From the human T2T-CHM13v2.0 reference genome, Homo sapiens: DNA of 64,000 nucleotides. Within the stretch, counting starts at the first letter, position 1; each line of letters opens with the position of its first letter. Of the stretch, positions 53,742 to 64,000 are shown piece after piece. The DNA lies in the NCBI RefSeq assembly GCF_009914755.1, contig NC_060929.1; one strand, written 5' to 3'. The notes below the pieces were generated by a model. The model did not search any database. It was not told the DNA's origin and worked only from the letters and a program-made list of their open reading frames with translations. A program made the translations under genes and the position numbers.

Positions 53742-55046
53742 CTGTATTAGTTTCAATAGCATGAAAAAATTACCACAAATTTGGAGGCTACAGACAAAAA
53801 AAACTTTTATTCTATTCACACACCATAAAACTTCTAACTCTAGATATGTGAGAAATTTTCCTCATATATCAGGCAATTCTCCAGGACACCAACAGGTGTC
53901 TTATAATTCAATTAATTCAATTCCAACACCATCTACCTGGAGGTAGGGTCAGATACCACATGTTAAGGGCTCAGTCTCACAAGACTGCCCCCAACTTTAG
54001 ATGCCAATCTCAAGTACTAGGTTGTCACTTATGCTTCTGGACCACTGGCTATAAATCAGCTTCCTCACAATCCCTCCCCAGGTTCAATTAATTTGCTAGA
54101 GTGGCTTTTGGAACTCAGGGAAGCACTTTACTTACATCTACCCATTATATTATAAAAGATATTACAAAAGATACAGAAGAATAGCCAGATGGAATAGACA
54201 AGGTATGTGGAAGGGCAAGGTATAGGGAAGGTTTGTGGAAAGGGAATAGGAACTTCCGTGCCCTCTCTTGGTGCTCCACCCTCCCAGCACCTCTATGTGT
54301 TCAGTAACTGGGAAGCTCTTCACACCCTATCTTTTGGGGTTTTCATGGAGGCTTCATTATATAGGCACAATTAATTACACCTTGGCCATGGGTGATCAAC
54401 TCGACCCTCTCCTCTCCCCAGAGCTCAGGGGGTGGGGCTCAAAGTTCTAATCCTCTAATCACACAGTTAGTTTCTTTACCATCCAGCCCCTATCCTGAGC
54501 TATCCAGGTGCCCACCAAGAGTCTCCTCATTAGAACAAAAGATTATTCTATCACACAGGAAATTCAAAGGGATTTAGGAGTTCTGTGTCAGGCCCCGGGG
54601 GAGGGGGGTGGTGTGCAGAGAAGAAATCTTTCTTATTATATCACATTGGCTTAAAACCCACAAAATTATTATCTTAGAAGTATTGAAGGTCAGAAGTCCT
54701 ACAATCAAGGCATCAGCAGGGCTCCATTGCTTCTAGAAGCTCCGAGGAAGAATCTGTTTCTTGCCTTTTCAGCTTCTAGAGGTCACCTGCATTCCATGGC
54801 TCAGTTAGTTCCTTGCATCATGCCAACTTCTGCTTCTGTCATTATCTCTCCTCTCTCTGACACTGAGCTGTCTGCCTCACTCTTATAAAGACCCCTGTGA
54901 TTATACTGAACGTACTCAACCCAAAATAATTTCACCATCTTAAGTACAACTGCAAAGTCCCTTTTGTCTTGTTCAGTAACATATTCACAGCTTTTGGGGA
55001 TTATGATGTGAACATCCTTGGAGGAGGCATTATTCTGTCTTTCACA
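53742..55046 (-). mobile_element. MLT1D MaLR LTR split by a MER21 LTR
   Basis: The two pieces are 53742-53785 and 54646-55046. The reverse start is TGTGAAAGACAGAATAATGCC. Confidence 0.8.
53786..54645 (-). mobile_element. MER21 (B/C-like) solo LTR
   Basis: catctacctggaggtagggtcagataccaca...aagggctcagtctcacaagactgcccc. The reverse start is TGTGATATAATAAGAAA. Confidence 0.85.
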
Positions 55047-55996
55047 GTCAGATAGTGCCAAAAATTATAAAACTACTCATCTCTGAGCTGAGGTATCTTA
55101 TAGTAAATGAATGTCATCATTAGAAACCAAATAAGTTTTCTTACAGACTTTTTTTTGAGGAGCACTAACTGCTAAAAATTACACAGGGGAATATTATAGA
55201 ATATGCTTACTAGCTATTCTCTCTCTGTCATAACTAACGAATTTGTTTGTTTTTGCTGGTATTATGACATCTTTGTTCTAAATATATCAGTAGGAATCAC
55301 TGAACTATAAGTACATTCCCCCTATGGCCCAAATAATAGTGCTCTATTTTTACAAATAAATATAAGGAAATTGTTACAGACCCTAACAGGAGGAATTTAT
55401 ATTAGATAAAAGTTTTCTTAAGCAGATGGTTATTGAATGAGAGCATCCAAATGAAATTCTGACATCTTCTAAAAAAGAGTTCACAGAATATGAAAATAAA
55501 TGGTAGAAAGGACATTTTTATGATGGTGGCTAGCAATTTCTTTTCAATTTATTTTTAATAAAAAAATACTGTAGTCCTCACACAAAATTTCTCTCTTTAC
55601 AATTTTTCTCTGTGGTGCCAAAGAGTCTAAAACTACTCTGAGGAAGGAAGCATATTACTTCCTTTGCCCTCCTCCCAGTTTTCGGTTTAAATCCTGCTGC
55701 TGCCAAGTTTGAGTGGAAAATCACTCCATTGCCAGTTGGCGACTTGCATGACTCTTGGACAAGAAAGCTATTTAAGCAACTTTGAAATCTACTTAGATTT
55801 TCAGAGCTGTGTGTGTGGTGTAACACCAGTGCTCCTGAAAACACTGGGAGGCACGCCATCCTCCCTGACATACTTTCAAATATGACATAAGTTTCACGTC
55901 ATGGATACCGGTATAACCCAAGAGCCCAGGGGGGAGTCTTAGGCTCCCTCTGGTGAGCTCCTGCCATAAATCTGAGGACTGTTATTATTATTATTA

Positions 55997-56240
55997 TTAT
56001 TAGCACACATTAATTGAGCACTAACTCTGTGCTAAGAATTGTGCTAAGCCTTTAGTGCGTTTTTTGTTTAATCCTCAGAACAGCTCTCTGAGAGGATTAC
56101 TGTTATTATCCCTACTTTATGGATGAGGAAACTATGATGTAAGAAGTTATCACTAGCCCAAGATCACGTGGTTTGTCGGAGTTGTGATTAAAATATTTGT
56201 GTGTTTGACTTTAAAGCCTACAGTGTTAACCTTTATGCTG
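55997..56240 (-). mobile_element. MIR (MIRb-like)
   Basis: attgagcactaactctgtgc...ttattatccctactttatggatgaggaaact...gcccaagatcac. Confidence 0.8.
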
Positions 56241-59129
56241 TGACTTATATACACATTTGTGTCTACGCAGGGAGCCAGATATTGTTCCTAAGAGCTCACA
56301 TTTTAAAAATACATACATTGTTCTGATATAAAGTAATATGTAGGACTATTTCTTTAAAATAAGGGTTTTTTAAAAAAATTCTTCATTTAATATTGTTTTT
56401 CTATTCCCTATCAACTAGAGATTGCCTTTATGTTCTGAAAATAAATATAACTCTAATATTACTTTGAGATTTATGTGGCATCATTGGGGCATAGCATTAG
56501 GGGAAAAAGAGTAACTTTAAATTATTTTGATGAGAAGTAGCGTAACAGGCAGATGTAATGATGTTAAGAGTGAGGAAATTGATCTTATGCTCTGGTTCAA
56601 CCTTGACTCATATTGGGAATTTGGAGAGCTACTCAGCATTTTAATAGTTTTGAACTTTTTTTCTTTACATTAAGATGTGAATAAACATAACATTAATGAT
56701 TAAATGTAGAGGATTTGAATTATCTGTCTAAAGGAGGTTGACCAGCAACTAGATCCTAGGCTCACAATATCCAAGTAACCCATGCCTGCCATTCAAGCAG
56801 AATTTCTCCACAGCCAGGGGAAAGATCATTTTTTCTTACAAGGGGAGGAAGGAAGACCAGGCCTGCCCATATTCCTACAAGTCCTTAGCCCATGCTTCCT
56901 TCATGCCTGACTGAGCCCTCGTGTTGCCTGTGAGCCCAGATTTGGGTTTTGTTTCCACGTTAGCTTTTGACCAGTTCACTGTGTCAATTTGGCTGTGTGC
57001 TTCGGCTATGTTTGTTGTTTGTTACACTCCTCATCCATCCTTGTTTGCCACTCTCATTGTGAATATTGCCTTTGACCCCCTTTCATGAGCTTAATTGCAA
57101 AATCCATTGCAAGTGCCTATCTGGTATTCCAGCTCTGGTTGCAGTGAAAAACTCTTAACCCAAAGCTAAGTGCTTGTCTGAGAGAATCAAGTGCTAGATG
57201 GTCAAAAAGTCATTCTGAATTAGAGGAAAATGTTTTAAAATATTTATTATTCATAAATCTCTATTTAATCATATAATGATACTTATATACATAATTATTT
57301 TTAAGAATTTGAAGGTGCTATACTTATTTCCCCCTTTTGTCTTATTTTCCTTCTTTCCTTCCTTTTTTCTCCCTTCCCTCCCTCCTCTTTTTTTAAATTT
57401 AAGTTTTATTTTAAGTTCAAGGGTATGTGTGCAGGTTTGTTATATAGGTAAGCTTGTGTCATGGGAGTTTGTTGTTCAGATTATTTCATCACCCAGGTAT
57501 TAAGCCCAGTACCCATTAGTTATTTTTCTTGATCCTCCCACCCTCCATCCTCTGATAGGCCTCAGTGTGTGCTGTTCCTCTCTGTGTGTCCATGTGTTCT
57601 CATCATTTTGCTCCTGCTTATAAGTGAGAGCATGTAGCATTTGGTTTTCTGTTCCTGTATAAGTTTGCTAAGGATAATGGCCTCCAGCTGCATCCATGTC
57701 TCTGCAAAGGACATGATCTTGTTCTTTTTTATGGCTGCCTAGTATTCCATGGTGTATATGGACCACATTTTCTTTATCCAGTCTATCATTGATGGGCATT
57801 TAGGTTAATTCCATGTCTTTGCTATTGTGAATAGTGCTGCAATGAACATATATGCATGCATGTGTTGTTATGATATAATGATTTATATTCTTTTGGGTAT
57901 ATACTCAGTAATGGGATTGCTGGGTTGAATTGTAGTTCTGTTTTTAGGTCTTCAAGGAATTCCACACTGTCTTCCACAATGGCTAAACTAACTTACACTC
58001 CCACAAACAGTGTATAAGCATTCCTTTTTCTTCCCAACCTTGCCAGCTTCTGTTATTTTTTTACTTTTTAATAATAGCCATTCTGACTCTGACTGGTGTG
58101 AGCTGGTATTCCATTGTGGTTTTCATTCGCGTTTTTCTAATGCTCAGTGATGTTGAGCGTTTTTATCATATGCTTGTAGGCCACATGTATGTCTTCTTTT
58201 GCAAAGTGTCTATTCGTATCCTTTGCCCACTTTTTAATGGGGTTGTTTGTTTCTTAAAAATCTGTTTAAGTTCTTTATAGATGCTAGATATTAGACCTTT
58301 GTCAGATGCCTAGTTTGCAAAAATTTTCTCCCATTTTATAGGTCATGTGTTCACTCTGTTGATAGTTTCTTTTGTTGTGCAGAAGCTCTTTAGTTTAAAT
58401 AGATCCCATTTGTCAATTTTTGTTTTTGTTTCAATGCTTTTGGGTCTTCGACATGAAATCTTTGTCTATGCCTGTGTTCAGAATGGTATTGTCTAGATTG
58501 TCTTCCAGGGTTTTTATAGTTTTAGGTTTTAAATGGAAATCTTTAATTCATCTTCAATTGATTTTTGTATATGGTGTATGAAGGAGTTAATTTCAGTCTT
58601 CTGCATATGGTTAGCCAGTTATCCCAGCATCATTTATTGAATAGGGAGTCTTTTCCCCATTGCTTGTTTTTGTCAGCTATGTCGAAGGTCAGATAGTTGT
58701 AGGTGTGCAGCCTTATTTCTGGATCCTCTATTCTTTTCCACTGGTCTATGTGTCTGATTTTGTACCAGAACCATGGTATTTTGGTTACTGTAGCCCTGTA
58801 GTATAGTTTGAAGTCAGGTAATGTGATGCCTCCAGGCTTGTTCTTTTTGCTTAGAATTTCTTTGGGTATTCAGGCTCTTTCTTGGTTCCATATGAATTTT
58901 TAAATAGTTTTTTCTAGTTCTGTGAAGAATCTCAATGGTAGTTTAATAGGAATAACATTAACTCTATAAATTGCTTTGGGTAGAATAACCACTTTAACAA
59001 TGTTGATTCTTCCTATCCATGAGAATGGAATTTTTTCCATTTGTTTGTGTCATCTCTGATTTCTTTGAACAGTGTATTGTAGTTCTCATTGTAGAGATCT
59101 TTCACTTCCCTGGTTAGCTGTATTCCTAG

Positions 59130-59131
<2 letters not shown>

Positions 59132-59166
<35 letters not shown>
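59132..59166. repeat. (GT)n microsatellite inside L1 ORF2
   Basis: About 15 GT units replace the usual tattttattct segment. Confidence 0.9.
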
Positions 59167-62100
59167 GCAGTTGTGAATGGGATTGTGTTCTTGATTTGGC
59201 TGTTGGTTTGATTGTTGTTGGTGTATAGGAGTGCTAGTTATTTTTATACATTGATTTTATATCCTATGACTTTGCTGAAGTGGTTTATCAGCTTAAGGAG
59301 CTTTTGGGTCGAGACTAATTTGGTTTTCTATACAGAGAATCATGTTATCTGCAAACAGAGATAGTTGACTTCTTCTCTTCCTATTTGGATGGCCTTTCTC
59401 TTGCCTGATTTTGCTGGCTAGGACTTCCAATACCATGTTGAATAGGAGCTGTGAGAGACAGCATCCTTGTATTGTGCCAGTTTTCAAGAGGAATACTTTC
59501 AGTTTTTGCCCATTCAGTAAAATGTTGGCTGTGGGTTTGTCATAGATGGCTCTTATTATTTTGAGGTATGTTCATTCAATACCTAGTTCATTGAGAGTTT
59601 TTAACATGAAGCAATGCTGAATTTTTTTAAAGCCTTTTCTGCATCTATTGAGATAATCATGTGGTTTTTATCCTTAGGTCTTTTTTGTGATGAGTCACAC
59701 TTATTGATTTGCATATGTTGAATCAATCTTGGATCCCAGGGATATAGCCTACTTGATCAGGGTGGATAAACCTTTTGTTGTGCTGCAGGATTTAAATTGC
59801 CAGTTATATCTTGAGGATTTTTGCATCAGTGTTCATCAAGAATATTGGCTTGAAGTTTTCTAAGAGCTGTGCTCTGCCGGGTTTTGGTATTAGGATGATG
59901 CTGGCCTCATAGAATGAGTTAAGGAGGAGTCCCTTTTCTTTAATCTTTTGGAATGGTTTCAGCAGGAATGGTACCAGCTCTTCTTTGTACATCTGGGAGA
60001 ATTCAGCTGTGAATCTGTGTGGTCTTGAGCTTTTTTGGTTGGTAGATTATTTATTACTGACTCAACTTTAGAGCTGGTTATTGATTTGTTCAGGGATTCA
60101 GTTTCTTACTGGTTCAGTCTTGGGAAGGTGTATGTGTCCAGTAATTTATCAATTTCTTCTTGATTTTCTATTTTATGTGCATAGAGGTATTCATAATATT
60201 CTCTGATGATTATTTGTATTTCTGTGGGGCCAGTGGTAATATCCCCTTTGTCTAATTGTGTTTATTTGAATCTTATCGTGTTTCTTCTTTATTAGTCTAA
60301 CTGGTGGTCTATTTTATTAATATTTTTTTAAAAACCCAACTCCTGGATTCATTGATCTTTTGAATGATTTTTTGTATCTCAATCTCCTTCAGTTCAGCTC
60401 TGACTTTGATTATTTGGTGCCTTCTGCTATCTTTTGAATTTGTTTTCTCTTGGCTTGCTAGTTCTTTTAGTTGTGATACTAGGTTGTTAAATTGAGATAT
60501 TTCTAACACTTTGATGTGGGCATTTAGTGCTATAAATTTCCCTCTTAACACTGCCTTAGCTGTGTCTAGAGATTTTGGTATGTTGTATCTTTGTTCTCAT
60601 TCATTTCAAATAACTTCTTGATTTCTGTCTTAATTTCATTATTTACCCAAAAGTAATCCAGGAGCAGGTTATTAAATTTTAATGTAACTGTATGGTTTTG
60701 AGTCAATTTCTTAGTCTTGATTTCTAATTTGATTGTGTTGTGGTCTGAGAGAGTTGCTGTTATGATTTCAGTTCTTTTGCATTTGCTGAGGAATGTTTTG
60801 CATTTGATTATGTGATCAATTTTAGAGTATGTGCCATGTGGCAGTGAGAAGAATCTATATTCTGTCGCTTTTGGGTGGAGAGTTTTGAGGTGTCTATCAG
60901 GTCCATTTGATTCAGGGCTGAGTTCAGGTCCTGAATATTTTTATTACTTATCTGTCTTAGTGATTTGTGTAATACTCTCAGTGAGGTGTTTAAGTCTCTC
61001 ACTATTATTGTGTGGGAGTCTAAGTGTCTTTGAAGCCAAGAACTTGATTATGAATCTGGGTGCTTCTGTGTTGGGTGCATATATATTTAGGATAGTTAGG
61101 TCTTCTTGTTGAATTTAACCCTTTATCATTATGTAATGCCCTTTTTTGTCTTTTTTGATCCTTATTGGTTTAACATCTGTTTTGTCTGAAACTAGGATTG
61201 CAACCCCTGCTTTTTTCTGTTTTCCATTTTCTGGGTAGATTTTCCTCCAGCCCTATGAGTGTCATTGCATGTGAGATGGGTATCTGGAAGACAGCATACC
61301 AATGAGTCTTGGTTCTTTATCCAGCTTGCCACTCTGTGTCTTTTAATTGGGGCATTTAGCCTATTAACATTCAATGTTAGTACTGTTATGTGTGGATTTG
61401 ATCCTGTTATCATGATGTTAGATGGTTATTTTGTGGACTTGTTTGGTGGTCACTTTATAATGTCACTGCTGTGTGTACTTCAGTGTGTTTTGTAGTGGAT
61501 AGTCTTTCCTTTTCATATTTAGTGCTTCCTTCAGGAGCTCTTATAGGGAAGGTCTGTTGGTAATGAATTCCCTCAGCATTTGCTAGTCTAAAAAGAATAT
61601 TATTTCTCCTTTGCTTATGAAGCTTAGTTTGGCTGGATATAAAATTCTGGGTTGAAATTTCCTTTCTTCAGGAATGTTGAATATTGACCCCAGTCTCTTC
61701 TGGCTTGTAGGATTTCTGCTGAGAAGTCTTGCTGTTAGTTTGATAGACTTCCCTTTGTAGGAAAAAGAAAAATGTTAAATGCAGCTAGAGAGAAAGGTCA
61801 GAGACTTGACTTGCCTTATAAATCTGGCTGCCTTTAACATTTCTTTCTAGCTGCCTTTAATATTTTTTCTTTCATTTCGATCTTGGAGAATCTGGTGATT
61901 ATGTGTCTTGGGGATGATTTTCTTGTGACGTATCATACTAAGATTTTCTCTATTTCCTGAATTTGAATGCTGGACTCTCTAGCTAGGTTGGCGAAGTTCT
62001 CATGGATGATATCATGAAATATGTTTTCTAAGTTGGTTCCATTCTCCCCATCTCTTTCAGGGACACCAGTGAGTCATAGATTTGGTCTCTTTACATAATC

Positions 62101-62461
62101 CTGTATTTCTCAGAGGTTTTATTCATTCCTTTTCATTTTTTTCCTCTGTTTTGTCTGACTGTCTTATTTCAAAAAGCCAGTCTTCAAACTCTGAGATTCT
62201 TTCTTCCATTTGGTCTATTCTTGATCTTTCCCTCCATTTGGTTTATTCTGCTATTAATACTTGTGATTACATTGTGAAATATGTGTGATTACATTATGAA
62301 ATGTGATTGCATTATGGAGTGCAATCACAAGTACAATGTAATCACAAGTATTCATGTAGCATGTTTTTCGTCTCTATCAGGTCAGTTACATTCTTTTCTA
62401 TCCTGGCTATTTTTTCTATGTCAGCTCCTGCATTGTTTTGTCATGATTCTTAGCTTCCTTG

Positions 62462-62673
62462 GATTAGGTTTCAACATATACCTGTAGCTCAATGATCTTT
62501 GTTCCTATACATATTCTGGATTCTATTTTTTTCATTTCAGCCATCTCAGCCTGGTTCAGAACCAGGAGATTAGGTTTCAACATATACCTGTAGCTCAATG
62601 ATCTTTGTGTCTATACCTATTCTGAATTCTATTTTTTTCATTTCAGCCATCTCAGCCTGGTTCAGAACTGGAG
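62462..62673. repeat. 106-bp tandem duplication within L1 ORF1
   Basis: gattaggtttcaacatatacctgtagctcaatgatc...cctggttcagaac starts at both 62462 and 62568. Confidence 0.93.
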
Positions 62674-62968
62674 AGGTGATGTGGTCGTTTGGAAGACAGA
62701 GGGCACTCTGGCTTTTTGATTTGTCAGTCTTGTTGCCCTGGTTCTTTCTCATCTTTGTGGGCTTATATTCCTTTAATCTTTGAGGCTGGTGACCTTTGGG
62801 TGGGTTTTTTTTTCTTTTATTCTATTTGATGACTTTGAGGGCTTGATTGTGGTATAAGGTGGTTTCAGCCAACTAGCTTCATTTCTTGAAGATTTTAGGG
62901 GGCCAACACTCAGGTCTCAAGACTAAATGTGGGAGACTTGCATTGGCTCTGACTTTGTTCTCTGGACA

Positions 62969-63220
62969 ACACTTAGATAGGAGGTATAAGTTATAATGTT
63001 TGATAGCGGAATGGGTGACTCTAGTTAACAACAATGTATTGTATATTTCAAAATAGCTAGATGAGAGGACTTGAAATGTTCCCAACGTATAGAAATGATA
63101 AGTACTTGAGGTGATGGATATCCTAAATACCCTGACTTGATTTTTACACATTCTATACATGTAACAAAATATCACATGTACCCCATAAATATGTGCAAAT
63201 ATTATGTATTAATTTAAGAA
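62969..63220 (+). mobile_element. L1MA4-like 3' end
   Basis: tatttcaaaatagctaga...gaaatgttcccaac...gaggtgatggatatcctaaataccctgacttgat...cacatgtaccccataaatatg. Confidence 0.8.
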
Positions 63221-63224
63221 AAGA

Positions 63225-63453
63225 TTATAAGGCATGCAAAACAGCAGGTAAAAAATACCTAAAAGGAGTTCAATTAAACAAATCCAGAACTGATATAGAT
63301 GTTATAACTACCAGACAAGGACATTAAAACGATGATTATAACTGTATTTTATATGTTCAAAAAGTTACGTAGATGAAAGGTATAGAAAATAACTGAATGG
63401 AAATTCTCAGAGATGAAAGCAACAGTGTCTGAGATGAAAAATACAATGGATAG
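63225..63453 (+). mobile_element. Old L1M ORF1 fragment
   Basis: cagacaaggacattaaaac...tatatgttcaaaaagtta...tgtctgagatgaaaaatacaatggat. Confidence 0.55.
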
Positions 63454-64000
63454 TGTACGAGTCAGGATTCTTCAGAAAAACAACGTCAATAGGATACACA
63501 CACACACACACACACACAAATGTATGTATGTAATATGTGTGTATATATAGGATGCATAGATGTGATGTACATTTATGTGTGTGTGTGTATGTATACCGAT
63601 TCCATAAAATAAATCTCTCCCCCCGTGTGTGTATATACACACATATAGATGAAAGGTATACACAAACACATAGAGGGGAGGGAGATATTTATTTTAAGGA
63701 ATTGGTTCGTGCAATTGTGGAGACTAGCAAGTCTGAAATTTGCAGGGCAGACCAGTAGGCTAGAAATTCTAGCAGGAGTTAGTGTTTCAGTCTTGAGTAC
63801 AAAGTCAGCCTGTAGATAGAATTCCTTTCTCCACGGAGGACCTCAGTCTTTTCTCTTAGTGCTTTCAGTGGATTGGATGAGGCCCACCCATGTTATGGAA
63901 TATAATCTGCTTTACTCAATGTCTGCCAATTTAAATGTTAACACACCTAAAAAGTACCTTCACAGGAGCATTCAAGGTGCTGTCTGACCAAGCAACTGGG
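63454..64000 (-). mobile_element. MLT2D-like ERVL LTR with internal CA/TA microsatellite, truncated by window edge
   Basis: gagatatttattttaaggaattgg...gcaagtctgaaatttgcagggcag...ggattggatgaggcccaccca...aatctgctttactcaa. Confidence 0.85.

Larger units (their letters stand above)
57388..62968 (-). mobile_element. Near-full-length L1PA13-16-like element (3'UTR, ORF2, ORF1, part of 5'UTR)
   Basis: Contains the ORF2 start (ITGSNPHITVLTLNVN), LFADNMI, the ORF1 N-terminus (MRKNQ..K..KSKSQSA) and an older L1PA 3'UTR. It is heavily disrupted. Confidence 0.92.

Noticed and set aside
62256-62673. Repeat-spacer pattern resembling a CRISPR array
   Set aside because: The context is a eukaryotic L1. The copies are irregular, partly inverted and lack unique spacers, and there are no cas genes.

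Overview
This is primate, very probably human, AT-rich non-coding genomic DNA (intronic or intergenic), dominated by interspersed repeats. These include several L1s (one full-length L1PA, one full-length L1MA with its TSD, one near-full-length older L1PA, two 5'-inverted copies), Alus, MaLR/ERVL/ERV1 solo LTRs, an HSMAR2 mariner, hAT MITEs, and MIR/L2 relics. No intact host protein-coding gene, RNA gene or CRISPR array is supported. Nearly all ORFs in the track are L1 ORF1/ORF2 debris, their antisense frames, or Alu/microsatellite artefacts. I do not see a new multi-gene system. The most unusual signals are structural. (i) A 195-bp inverted duplication inside an MLT1E LTR has arms that are almost identical near the loop but diverged distally. 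(ii) A ~180-bp copy of nearby flanking DNA is pasted into the 5'UTR of the full-length L1MA. (iii) The full-length L1PA appears chimeric (old 3' half, young 5' half, no TSD), suggesting L1-L1 recombination. (iv) There are several template-switch scars. Subfamily names come from recalled consensus sequences and need RepeatMasker/Dfam confirmation.
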